A program made the translations under genes and the position numbers. Positions 1 through 13,607 of a stretch of 64,000 bases of DNA are shown here, piece after piece. This DNA is from the human T2T-CHM13v2.0 reference genome, Homo sapiens: the NCBI RefSeq assembly GCF_009914755.1, contig NC_060932.1; one strand, written 5' to 3'. The notes under the pieces are model-generated. The model was not told the DNA's origin, ran no database searches, and saw only the letters and a list, made by a program, of their open reading frames with translations. How positions within the stretch are numbered: position 1 is the first letter of the stretch; each line of letters starts with the position of its first letter.

Positions 1-329
1 TTGCTTAACCTCCATTTTTTGCTTTTAAATTGGGAAAGACAATTGTAACACTTGTTCCTTGAAACCTGTGGTTCCCACATATTAGTCCGTGAATTCTTTG
101 CATCTGAATTGCAGGGGATTTTTTTTTAAAATACTGAATTCTGATGACCAGCTTTTGAACATGTGGATTTGGTACATCTCAAATGTGGCTTGTAAACTCC
201 TATCTATATTTTTAAGACAATTCTCCCTCTCTGCCAAAAGGGCAAATATAAAAGGATTCCCACTCACCATAATATAACCTTCTTGATAGTGATAGTTAGA
301 TCATTTTGTGCATAACAAAAAATTAGGGG

Positions 330-815
330 TGGAAGGGATGTGCTTTGCACATAAATTAGTTCTTCTCTAACACAGCCTACAAGACTCTGCCTAATCTGGC
401 CCTAATCAAACTCATCTTGTCCTTCTCTCCCTTAATTCTCAGTGCTACAGCCTTGGTAGTTACCTTTGAACGCCTTACATCATTTCTCGTACTAAAGAAA
501 CTTTGCACAGGCTGTCTCTCCAGTGGAAAATGTATCTCCCACGGTCACCTTACCTCGTTAATATGCCTACCTATCCTTCTTATTTCAATTCAAATTTAAT
601 TCCTCAGGAGCCTCTAGGACTATGTTGACCTCAGATTTCTCCCCAGCGTTTCACAATTTTCCTTTACAGCACTTTGTCGTAAGCATTTGACTTTATGTCT
701 GTAACCTGCCAGGCTCTGCTTCCATGTGGGTGAGAATTTTTACTGTTTGAGCTCACCATTGTATCCTCAGTTCCATACCTGGCACAATATGGAAACTTAA
801 TAAGTTTTATTTTAA
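330..815 (+). mobile_element. L2 (LINE2) 3' fragment, highly diverged
   Basis: Degenerate L2 3'-end wording (ctcaccattgtatcctcagttccatacctggcacaatatggaaacttaataagttt...acgaat); boundaries approximate. Confidence 0.55.
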
Positions 816-847
816 CGAATAAAACCTCTATAAGCCATTTTGATATA

Positions 848-1320
848 GTTGTGTTCATTGTTTATCACTTCTTAACACAATACCCCAAATTTAATGGCTT
901 GAAACAGCAACGAGTGTACTTATCTCTCATGAGTCTGTGGGTTGACCAGGCTTGGCGAGGCAGTTCTGCACTTCCCACTTCGATTCTCTGTGTGGGTGCA
1001 CACAGATGGTTGTTGGGGCTAGAGTGATCGGGAGCTTCCAATTAGCATTGAGATGGTCAGGCTCTCTACCTTTTATATATTGTCAGACATTCATTCTCCA
1101 TGTGCCCCTCCATTAGGTCTTTCCAGTAAAATAACTGGATATTTTTTTTGTGGTAGCTCAGGAATTCCAAAACAGCAAGAGCAGAAACTGCCAGTCTTTC
1201 TTAAAGATGCCTAACCTCTTCAATCCTGGAGCATTATTTCTGTCCCTCTCAGTTGGCTAATTTGTCACAAGCCGGTTCAGATTTGATGTGGGGGGTTGGA
1301 GGGGAGTCGACACCAATGAA
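848..1320 (-). mobile_element. Old MaLR (MLT1-type) LTR, subfamily uncertain
   Basis: Typical reverse MLT1 opening (taacacaataccccaaatttaatggcttgaaacagcaac...tctcatgagtctgtgggttgacc). Confidence 0.55.
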
Positions 1321-2395
1321 CATGTTTTATTAATATGTACCAGCACAGCACTAAATGCTTTACACAGGATTCAAATAAGACTGTAAAGTAGGAAATAATA
1401 GCCTCATTTTTTAAATGAGGTTACAGAAATAAGCAAATACAAGCAATTTATGTAAGATGTTACTGTTAGGTAGTGAAGCCAGAATTCAATCTCTGCACTT
1501 TTTTAATCTGAAACCTGTATTGTTTGTTCTTATTATTTCCATGTTCTTCAGAAAGCCAAAAGCTTCTTTGCTGTCTTAGAAGTGTTTTCCTTTAGCTTTA
1601 ACATTTATAGCTCACACATATTAAAATTAACAAATATTGCAGCATATCCATTAATTTCATGTAAAAAGATATAAAATGGAATTTTCAAATTTATTAAAAA
1701 TTAATTTATTATGAATGAGAAAATTACAAGCAACATAAACACTTAAACTTTGTTATCACTAAATTCATCTGTTGGCATTTTTAACTGAAGTACTGAGGAC
1801 TTTAAAGTGGTATTGAGTAATACTTACCTGAAAGTTGCCAAATGCTTTTGTGAGGCCTCATAAGAGTCAACACAACTAATTAGTATTGTTGAAATGTCTG
1901 ATCTATTTGATCTCTTACTTCCTTTGGATTGAAACCTGATATATATATTTTTAAAATTCTAGTTTAGGTTCTTGAAAATTATTTCATGTAGTCTATTATC
2001 TGATCATATAGCTGTGGGGGGCTTTAATATTCTGGACATTTATTCACTGATGTTAGAATCATCACACATATCTGAAATTTTAATCTTGAAACAAGAAATT
2101 GAGTATTAAAAAATGAGAACCACAGGATATCAAATGTGAAGAGATTATGCTCCATAACATGTAACCTAAATCAGAATACTGGTTGGTGGTTTTCTGTTTA
2201 TAATTCCTTGTTCACTTAAGAATATTGCATATTTTCTCTGATTCACGAAGTGTTATAATTTCAGGAAGATATACCCTTATTTTAAAATACATAAGACTGG
2301 AAATTTTTTCAATTAAAAAATTACAGCTTTGCTTTTGAATATTTTTCAAGTCAGAGAATGATATTCATCTATTTTATGAAAAGTTGTGAAACTAC

Positions 2396-2756
2396 TGCTA
2401 TGGTCTGAATAATGATATATCCTCCAAAATTTGTTTTGAAACTTCATTCCAATGCAACTGTATTAAAAGGTGTTGCCTTGGGAATTATTATCCTTATAAA
2501 ATAATTGAAAGTTGAAGAAAGCTCTCTTGCCCTTTTGTCTGTTCTGTCATGTGACGACACAGTGTTCCTTTCCTCTGGAGGATGAAGCAACAAGGTGCCA
2601 TCTTGGAAGCAGACAGCAGCCCTTACCAGGCACCAATCCTGTTGGCACCTTGATTTTGAACTTCTCAGCCTCTGGAACCATAAAAAATAATTTTTATTGT
2701 ATATAAATTATCCTGTCTGAGGTATTTTGTTATAGTGTCACAAATAAACTAACACA
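2396..2756 (+). mobile_element. MaLR solo LTR (MSTC/MSTD-like)
   Basis: Starts tgctatggtctgaat, contains aaggtgccatcttggaagcag and gcaccttgattttgaacttctcagcctctggaac, ends aactaacaca; accounts for ORF 2512-2706. Confidence 0.8.
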
Positions 2757-2779
2757 ACCACGTAGATAGGGTTTTTTTG

Positions 2780-4700
2780 TATATCCCGAGGAATTCCTGA
2801 TATGTCATCTCTTAGGAAGAAGCCACTTGATGAACTGCCAATATCGAAGTATTGAATTTACATTTCTACTTCCCTTCAACCTCACCAGCATTTATTATTA
2901 ATACTGTCAAATTGTGTCAATCTGTTGAAAGCAAAATGCTGGGCCATTATTCATATTCAGGCTTTATGCATATTAACAAGACTGCCACATTTATTTTTTG
3001 CTATTGCTATTTCCTCTTCTGTGAGTTGTCTGTTCATATCGTTGCAATTTTTGAAATGGGCCATGTAGCTTTTTCTTATTGATTACTAGTGTTCTGATTT
3101 CATTTTCCTTCAGAAATGTACTACAAATATCAATATGCAAATATTCTGCCAATCTATGACTTGTTTTCATTTTTGTTGTTGCTTTGTTTGTGTATATGTG
3201 TGTTTTTGTACATATTATTACTGGTGTCTTTGTAATACATAAGCTTTAACTTTAAATAGGACTAATTTCTTTTGCAACTAATGCATTCTATGTTTAGTAA
3301 AAGACTATTTCACAGAAGTACTTCTTGTATTCTCAATTTGGAATCTGAAGTAGTTCTCAATCTGGAATTTGTCTTTGTGTACAGCATGAAATGGAACACT
3401 AGATTTGTTGTACTTCTAGGAAGATAGCTAATTATTTCAACATGATTTATTAAATAAATTATTTCATTATTTCCTCCTCCCAAATGATTTGTATATATCA
3501 ATGACATATTTATGTGTGACTGCTTCAGTTCTCAGTTCTCTTTCATTGATCTATTTGTTTAATCTTGTATAAAAACCTCTATATTTTAAAACTGCAAAAG
3601 TATTATATATCCTGATATCTGGTAGAATAAACCTTCACATTCTTCTACTTCAAAATTGCCTTAGTTCTTTTTGACTTTGTAACATTTCTATATATACGTC
3701 CAAACCAGCTTTTTAAGTTACATACATGCAAACACACACATAGATAATTTTAATTTGAATTATAGTAAATTATTTTAAAAGAGGGGATTGACTCTTCCAA
3801 CAAATTAAGTCATCACATCCATAAACACGGAACATCACTACAGATACCTAGTTTTCCTTTATCTCTTTCTATTGAATTTCATAATATTTAAAATGTCTGG
3901 AACATAATTTGTTATATGCATTTTTAGATACTGTATGTGTTTTATGCACATTGAATAAAAACTCATTTTCTCTCCTCATATTTCCTAGCAACCACCATTC
4001 TACTCCCTATTTTTGATACCTAATATAATTGGGATCGTGCTCTATTTGTCTTGTTAAATAATTATTTCAATTTGCTTAATGTCTTCTAGGAGGCTCTGCC
4101 ACATTCCTAGATACAGTATCTAGGAATACATATAACAAATTATGTATGCAAAAGTATACACTATCTAGGGGAGCACAGTGATGTTATGGTGAATTTGAGT
4201 TTTTCTGGTAAATTACAATTTTCTACAGATGCCCTTGAATTTTCTATCATAATGACACAGTTCATTTTTTTCCAATAATTACTTCTTTAATTTTTCTTTC
4301 TTATTGAACTGAGCAGAACTTCCAAAACAATGCTGAATAAAAAGAAAGATAATAATGAAGGATAACATTTGTTAATATGTTATGTGCAAGTTTCCATTCA
4401 AAGTACATGTGATAATTTATTTAAAACTGACAACATGCCAAATGAGGTAGATAATATAATTATTTCATTTTTTTTCAGATGAGAAAAATGAGATCGAAAG
4501 AAGTTGAGTAAGTGGCTCAACCTTTTGCAGCTAATCATAACAGAGCCAGGATTCCACCTAGCAGCCTGCCGTATAACTCATTTCCTTAGCATGGTCTCTC
4601 AAGTACAAATAACAGTGGCAGGCCAGTTTGTATGTATCTGATTTTAAAGGACTACCTCTGATTATTTACTACCAATATTTGCTATCATTTGTAATAGTAC
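2780..4700 (-). mobile_element. Ancient L1M (L1ME/MD-like) ORF2 debris, interrupted by a MIR (~4440-4590) and by the rearrangement at 3949-4146
   Basis: Antisense L1 ORF2 remnants (cagaacttccaaaacaatgctgaataaa; aacagtggcaggccagtttgtatgtatctgattttaaagg). Confidence 0.55.
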
Positions 4701-4917
4701 TGTTTTTGTCTTAACAGCTTTATTGAAGTATAATTAATACACACAAAATTGCATGTATTTAATACACATGGATGTGTTCAGTTGTATGCTTGCACCATAA
4801 AACAATCACCACAATCAAAGTAATAGATATCTCTATCATCCCCAAAAGTTTCCTCATGTGCCTTTGTGTGTGTGTGTGGTGGGAGAGAGTAAAAACACTT
4901 AACAAAGGATCTACCTA

Positions 4918-5592
<675 letters not shown>

Positions 5593-6719
5593 CTAGAATT
5601 CATTCAATTTGCATAACTTGAATTATACCCACTGAATAAAAACTACTCATTTGCCTCTTCCTACATCCCCTCACAACCACCGTTCTACTCCCTAGTTTAG
5701 ATAACTAATATAAGTGGAATCATGCAGTATTTGTCTTGTTACATAATTATTTAAATTTGCATAATATCCTTTAGGTTCTGCCACATTGTTGCATATGGCA
5801 GGATTTTACTCCTTTTTAAGGCTGAACAATATCCCATTGCATGTATACAACAAATTTTCTTTAACCATTCATCTGTTGATAGACATTTAAATTGTTTTCA
5901 TATCTTGTCTATTGTGAATAATGCTTCAATAAACACGGAAGTGCAGATATCTCTTCAAGATCCTAATTTCAATTCTTTCAGATAAATATTCAGAAATGAG
6001 ATTGTTGGATCCTATGCTAGTTTCATTATTAATTTTTGAAGGAATCCCATAACTGTTTTCCTTAGTGGCTGTATCATTTCAGATTCCCACCAACAGAATA
6101 CAAAGGTCTCAGCTTCTCCATAAACTTACCAGTATCTATCTTTTTTTAAAAAAGAAATAGACATGCTAACAAGTGTGAAATAATATCCCTTTGTGATCTA
6201 TATTTGTATTGCCCTCAGCTTAGTGATGTTAAGCACTGTTCTTATCTTCGCCATTTATATGTCTTCCTTGGAGATATGTCTATTCAAATCTTTAGTTCAT
6301 TTTTTAATTAGAAGATTTGTATTTTTGCTGTTGAGTTCTAGGAGTTCCTTATACATCTTAGATATTAACCACTTATCAAACATATGGTTCCCAAATATTT
6401 TCTTCTATTCCATAAGTTGCCTTTATATTCTATTGTTTCCTTTGCCTTGCAGAATAATTCTACTTTGATATAATTCATTTGTCTATTTTTGCTCTTATTG
6501 CCTGTTCTTTTGGTGTAATATCCAAAAAATCATTCCAAAGACTAATATCAAGAAGATTTCTCTATGTGCTTTCTTCTGAGTTTTATATTTTCAGGTCTTA
6601 GGTTTAAGTTTTTAATCCATTTAGAGTTGATTTTTGTGCATGATATAAGAATAGGATCAAATTTCATTCTTTTGCATGTAGATGTTGAGTAACAAGATTG
6701 CATTAGTAATTTATTTAAA

Positions 6720-7058
6720 AAAAGAAAACTCAAAAAAATACAGCCCAGGACCAAATGGCTTCACCAGTAAATTCCACTAAAAATTTAAATAATTAACCCC
6801 AATCCTTCTCAAGCTCATTCAAAAAAAAATAGGAGGGAATACTTTTGAACTCATTTTATGAGTCCAGCCCACTCTGATACCAGTGCCAGACAAATACACA
6901 AGAAAAGGAAACTATAGGGCAATATCCCTGAGAAACATGGATGCAAAAATCCTCAACAAAATACTATTACCAAAGAAAGTTCAACAGCACATTAAGGATA
7001 AATTACCATGACCAAGTGGGATTTATCCCTGTGTTGCAAGGATGGTTCAACATTTGCA
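6720..7058 (+). mobile_element. L1M ORF2 fragment (start of RT region)
   Basis: cccaggaccaaatggcttcac...gatgcaaaaatcctcaacaaaata...gaccaagtgggatttatccctgtgttgcaaggatggttcaac, collinear with 36390-36710 of the L1 in this window. Confidence 0.85.
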
Positions 7059-7109
7059 TCCTGAGGCATAGGGAAGAACGTAGATGAGTTGAGAGTAGAC
7101 CTGGAAAGA

Positions 7110-7800
7110 CAATGGCTATTATTAAAACATTGAAAAATAAACATGCTAGCAAAGTTGTGGGGAAAAGTGAATGCTTATCAACTGTTGGTGGGAGTGTAAT
7201 TTAGTTCAACCCTGTAGAAAGAAGTGTGATGATTCCTCAAAGACAAAAAAAGAATTACCATTTGATCTAGCAATCTCATTACTCATTATATACCCAAAAG
7301 AATATAAATCATTCTATCATAAAGACACTTGCATGTGTATATTCATTGCAGCACTATTCACTAGAGCAAAGACATGGAATCAACCTAAATGTCCATCAAT
7401 GGTAGACTGGATAAAGAATATGTGGTACATATACACCATGGAATACTCTGAAGCCATAAAAAAGAATGAGATTATGTCCTTTGCAGGAACATGGGGGGAG
7501 CTGGAGGCCATTATCCTTAGCAAACCAACGCAGGAACAGAAGACCAAATACTGCATGTCCTGTCTTGTGAGTGGGAGCTAAATGATGAGAACAAATGGAC
7601 AGAAAGAGGAAAAACAGACACTGGCGCCTACTTGAGGGTGGAGGGTGGGAGGAAGGAGAGGATCAGAAAAAATGTGAATCTGATTCTAGTCCTAGTACCT
7701 GGGTGACAGAATAATCTGTACAAGAAATACTTGTGACACAAATTTACCTATATAACAACATGCACATGTACCTCTGAACCTAAAATTAAAGTTTTAAGAA
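7110..7800 (+). mobile_element. Old L1PA (L1PA15/16-like) 3' end
   Basis: ORF 7171-7581 is the L1 ORF2 C-terminus ([16 protein letters not shown]); 3'UTR gagggtggagggtgggaggaaggagaggatcagaaaaa. Confidence 0.88.
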
Positions 7801-8516
7801 AACATTCTTAAAAAACTATAAAATTCTGATAAATTAAGATTAAATAATTCAAGAGATAATCTGTAAATGAACTTTTTAAAACAAACTAAATTTCCTCTCT
7901 CCACCAATGAATTTCAAACTTTCTGGCCATCAGTATGGGGAGCTTATTTTCTAAATTCCAAAGTTAGGTAATATTTCATAACATTTGTAGATGTATTTGT
8001 GGGGAAAATACGAACACAACATCTTCGTAATTTGAACAGTCCCATAAAATACAAAATGGAAACTAAATGTTTAAGACATAAAATTATCTTGGATCTATAA
8101 GAACCATTTGTTGGTATCACAAGATCTAATATTAAACATGCCTCTATAAGGCCTATAATGTATTTTCACTAAACTATTAATAATGTTGCTCCATCAGATG
8201 TGTCTAACAGACCAAGCTAATTTATTACCTTGAATTAGGGAAGGGGTAGAAACTATGAATCACAGACTGTGAACTATGAACCTAGAACGTTGAATACATT
8301 TTCCATTTAGTCTCAAAAACAAACATTTTAGATAAGTAAAATTACTTCAGTTAATAATAAATAAGACCAAGATTAAGAGGTATAAGTTGAAGATCATATG
8401 GATGTAAAATAGGATGTAAATGCATCTTTTATTTTTATTTCAAACTTGTATTCTTTCCATGATGTTAGACCTACTTGTTTTTTGTTATGATCCTACATAC
8501 TATAATATTCTATTTC

Positions 8517-8725
8517 ATATATATGCACATATATATGTGCGTGTATATATATATATGTAGGAACACATGCATGTATATATGTGTTTTCTGTTCCTGCATT
8601 TACATATATAAACATATATATGCATATATGTACATGTATGCATGCAAATATACATAGATATGTCCATATGTATATATGTGTGTATATATACACATATGTA
8701 CAAATATGTATGTGTATATTTATAT
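8517..8725. repeat. (TA/TG/CA)n alternating purine-pyrimidine low-complexity tract
   Basis: Visible directly; explains the Y/I/M/H-rich spurious ORFs at 8475-8703. Confidence 0.9.
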
Positions 8726-10394
8726 AGTCAATTCACTGAAATAAACTTATGACTAAAATATAACACAAATATTTTAGCAACTAATTTAATGATAAATTTA
8801 TAACAAATGTTTTTCTAGAGATAAGTAGTCAAAAATATAACAAATTATTAGGCAGTACAGTTCAATGGTTGCAATCACAGTCTCTGGAATCAGATAATCC
8901 TAAATTTCTACTATGCCACCTTTTAGCTGTGTGACCTTGGAACAGCCAATAATTTATCTGTACATTATCTTAAAATAGTAATATTTGTATCTACTACTTT
9001 GATAGAATTAATTTCTCTTCCCCAAATCTTCTCTTTCCTGTAATATATCCACATTCTTGCTGTGGCTTCAGGTTGATTTTAGACTCATCCTCATGGTTTT
9101 CTTTGGCCAATGGAATGTGGTAGACATGACTTAAGAAGGATGATAAATGTGTTTTATACTCAAAATGAGAATATGGCCTTGGTGTACTGATATCCCTTCA
9201 GCTTAGAAACAAAAACAAAAACACATGGAAAGACCTGAGGCCAAACCACACAAGGCCCATGTCCTGTCGATACATAAGGTGAATCAGAGACACCCAAAAG
9301 ACACCCACATTATCATATTCACAATTCGTTTACAAACCTATGATCTTAAAAATGCTTATTGTTTTAAGCTGTGGAGTTTTAGAATGGTTTGTTACTCAGT
9401 ATTTTGTAAAAAATGGCAACATACACATTAGCTGAGTGTGTCTCAATGTGAAAAATGAATTGATTTGAAATCTGATTTCTACCTGATGTATCCCTACATC
9501 CCAAGGCAATGTTCAAGCCACAGTAGGTATTCAAGAAATATTTGTTGACTTTTGAATAAGTAAAATAAATATGAACTTTCACATAGTAAGTGCCAAAAAC
9601 AAGCAGTTGTTTTTATGCACTACTGTATATAGTCTCTTGTCTGCTCGTAATGAAAATGATGTGAACTTTTGTGACATCAGATGATATAATATTCACTGAA
9701 CTTTCTATTACATTTATTTATAATGAGTATAACTGAATGAAGGAATTTAAGACTAATTCTTTAATAACAAATATTTTATTCTGTTCATGACTCAAGTTTG
9801 GCTCCCTGGGTGTAGGCATCAATTTATCAATATGTTCAATGGTCAGAGAGGAGTTTTTAGAAAGAATGGGGATAATTAATTCTGACAAAGAACATTCTTA
9901 AATTCAAATGACAGAATGTAGTTTCCAAATGTGAATTTACAAGTTGTGAATTTACAAGTTAAGAATAACTTAAACAATAGAAAAAATAGCTATATTTTTA
10001 CATTGACATATCTAAAATGAAAAAGCAAAGGGTTAGTATTTCTTGGTTTGGAATGTTTTCCGTTAATTAAGCAATAAACTATTCAACTATTTCTCAAATA
10101 CCTCTCAACTTATTGTTATTATATCTGTTTTACTTTAGTTGTATTCAAATTCTCTCCTCCAGAAGAAAGGATAGGAATGTAGATTTGTGAAGCAGAGGGC
10201 TTAGATTATTCAAATTGCCAGGAGTTATGCAGGATTCGAGTTGGTGGAAAGAAGGTATCTTATCTGATCCTGCAAGACATGCAGATATAAAAGAAATACT
10301 GAAACCCCGAAAACAAATGTGAAGGAAATACACAGAATTTCTTATAAAGTATAGTCTTACAAAGGGATTACACAGAAATACCGTACATGTGCTG

Positions 10395-11650
10395 ATTACC
10401 AAAACTTCTATCTCTAGTTCTGCCCATATCTGACCAGACACATTATCCCACAGTCTATTTAACACCTCCTTTTGGACTACTGTTTTGTACTTAACATGTC
10501 CAAAACAGAATTCTTGTTTCTACTGCTAATTTTCTTCCCTGGCTTCTTCCAAATTCAGAAAATGGCAGCAATGTTTAAACTCTGCTCAGCCCCCAAATCA
10601 CAGGTGTTATCTTTACCTTCTCTTCTTTTCACCCTAAATCAGCCAACCCTTTTCGGTCTTTGAATACATCCTAAATTTCAGCCTTTCTCAATATTCCACT
10701 AGTCCCACACTAATTCTCACCAGTACCTCTTTCCCATAGACAATTACCTGCTGTCTTTTTAGGATTCCCTGATTACGTTCATATCTTCCTACTGCAAATT
10801 TTATGTAAATTATATGTAAGTATATAACCAGAGTGATTTTTTACAGATACAAATCAGATTATGTCACTACCATCTTCAATGCTCTGTGGTGGTTCCCATC
10901 TTAACCAGAATAAAATCCAAACATTACCCTGGCCTGCTAACTACTACGTAATCTTGCCCTGCCCTCTCTTCCTCTGTCCTCATTCATCACACTCTTCCCA
11001 TTTTGGTTTCTTTGTTCTTCTTCAAATTAGCCAGACTCCTTCCTGATTCAGCTTTTCTTTACTTGCTCTTTCCTTTGCTAGAAATGTTAGACTCCAAAGT
11101 CTTTTTGTAAAGTTTATTTTAATTTTTTAATTGGCAAATAACATTGTATGTATTTATTGTGTATAACATGATGTTTTGAAATATGTACTTTGTGGAATGA
11201 CTAAATCTAGCTAATTAACATATGCATTAACCAACATAGTTATGATTTTTGTGGTGACAACACAATATTCATCCTCTTAGAATTTTCCAATAATATATCA
11301 TTATTAAACACAGGCACCATGTTTTGCCATAGATCTCTTGAACTTCTTCCTCCTATTCAAAGTCTATACATGGTGCATTCTCATTTAACTCATTTTTCTG
11401 CTAAATATAATTTCCTGAAAAGGCCTAACTAGCCACTTAAACTTAAATAACTTCCACTATTAAATCCTTCTCTCTTTACTTGCTTTATTCTTCTAAAGAG
11501 CATGTAACATCATATTATATACTGATTTCTTGTCTGTCTTCCCTACTATAATGTAAATTGCATGAAGGCAGGCACTTGTTTCTTTCTGTTTATTTTGCAG
11601 TACATATATAATGCCTGGAATATTGCAGATTTCCAATAAATATTGATGGA
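10395..11650 (+). mobile_element. L2a 3' region, interrupted by an L1MA fragment
   Basis: ttaacatgtccaaaacagaattcttg; aaatcagattatgtcact; aatgtaaattgcatgaaggcaggc; caataaatattgatggaatagatgg. Confidence 0.75.
11102..11357 (-). mobile_element. L1MA 3' terminal fragment
   Basis: Antisense 3'UTR (tttttaattggcaaataacattgtatg...atagatctcttgaacttcttcctccta), flanked by the repeat caaagtct. Confidence 0.8.
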
Positions 11651-13076
11651 ATAGATGGATAGTGGAGTGGTTACAGGAAATGGTCTTGCATTTAAAGATT
11701 TGGGATAGGTAGACAATTTTAGGCAGTTTTATTTCCAGTATTGCTCTCCTTTCCCAACCCTACAATACTCATTACATCAAAATAAATATTTCAAATTTCT
11801 AAATAAAATATATTACAAAAACACCAAATATAGAAATGATTCTTTAACCTAGTCTAATTTCTAGGAAGACTAATCTAAGTTAAAATAAACGTCTCATTTT
11901 GGAAATTTTTCTTTTTTAAGAAATATTTTTATCACTTTGAAGTTTATGTGTGACTTTCTATGTACTGCTGAATGAAGAACTTGTAAAATTTTTTGATACA
12001 ATTTGTGTTCTTAAAATACTTGCACATTATGTTATTAAGTTTCTCAATAATATTTATTTAATATGAAAACAAATGCCTGACATCATTTTTACAAAATGTT
12101 TACTGGAGATGGCTGATTTAAAGAGGTCTTTGTTTTATTTATCTTTTTTATAATTAGTTTATTGTTTACATTGTTCTTAATTTGGTAAATTAAATTCCAT
12201 TTGTTTATTATACAAAGCACTGATAATTTGATAATTTTATAAGTTTCATAGAACTGATAAGATTTCCCTAATTTACCTGCAGAAATTATGTAACAATTTT
12301 TAAGCTGTTGCTTATTTTTTATTTATACCTTATATGTAATTAAAATTCTTGTTTTTATGTCAATATTTACAGTCGTTTTTGATATTTATGATGATTTATC
12401 AAAAGAGAAGTAATTAACCTGTTCACACATGGTATTTTGATTGGTCAAATAGTTTGACTTGAATGAAGTGACAGAAGGTTATTGCACACCTTAATTGTAA
12501 AGTATTTTGAGCATTTGTGAAACAAACAAAATATTTGGTTGAGCCATATATAGTGAGGCATTTAAGGGTTTCATTGAGCAAAATAAAAATTGCCTTTGCC
12601 CTAATGTTATATCAGATGTAACTCTGAATGTAGTATATATTTAAGCCGGCTTTCACCAACATAACAGTTACTTATTACTGACATAACATATATCCTACAG
12701 GATTTTTACACCTTTTTTCGTTTATTTTATACATTTTCAAGAGTTAATCTTGGCAAAATTTTTGTTCTTTATACATTCAAACCCCATTACAGGAAAATTA
12801 ATAAATATTTTCTTTTATACAGAGTATATAATAATCTTATAATCATTAAAATTGTGTGTCACTTATGAAATGAAAATGCTTATAATTTCTCTTTCTTGCT
12901 CAGTAATTTTGCATAAAACGACCAACAGAAATTACAATCCTATAGAAATAAGACACAGCATTTTATATTAATATGGAAGACTTAGTAATTATTAAGTATT
13001 TGTTTTGTGTTAGCAGAGCTAAAATCTAGACACCCACATCTAGACTTAGGCCTAGTCATAAAATAAAAGTAAGCTC

Positions 13077-13079
<3 letters not shown>

Positions 13080-13113
<34 letters not shown>
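13080..13113. repeat. (TA)n microsatellite
   Basis: About 16 uninterrupted TA units. Confidence 0.97.
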
Positions 13114-13117
<4 letters not shown>

Positions 13118-13475
13118 TAAAGAGAAAATTTATCATTTTAACTCACTTGTAACCTACACATATCACATAAATGTAGGCTTTTAAGGCAAAAAAGAGAGTG
13201 ATTTGACAGGTAAGCATGAAGTAATCAATTTGCAGTCCAAAGAAAATGAAAATTAGGTTTTATTCCTGGATTTGATAAAATCACATATTATTTTTAGAAC
13301 ATTTGGATAAAGTTAAATTACCTAATGTAGTATGTAAAATATTTAATGCCAAGACTATTTTTGTTTTCTGAATATTCTATTTTAAATCTTTCTTTTATGT
13401 GTAATTTCCTACCTTCTCCTGTTCATTTCTCCCTGACAGCCTTTCCATTCTATCAACATCAATAAAGAAATCTGT

Positions 13476-13607
13476 GGCCAGGTGCAGTGGCTCACACCTG
13501 GGATCAGCACTTTGGGAGACAGAGACAGGAGAATCTCTTGGCCCCAGGAGTTAGCCTGGGCAACACAGCAATACCCTGTTGCTATTAAAAAAAAAAAAAA
13601 AAAAAAA
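13476..13607 (+). mobile_element. Alu monomer (FLAM_C-like)
   Basis: Single left-arm-like unit with poly(A); flanks aaatctgt / aagtctgt. Confidence 0.85.

Noticed and set aside
8475-8703. Overlapping ORFs on both strands
   Set aside because: Artefact of a TA/TG/CA low-complexity tract
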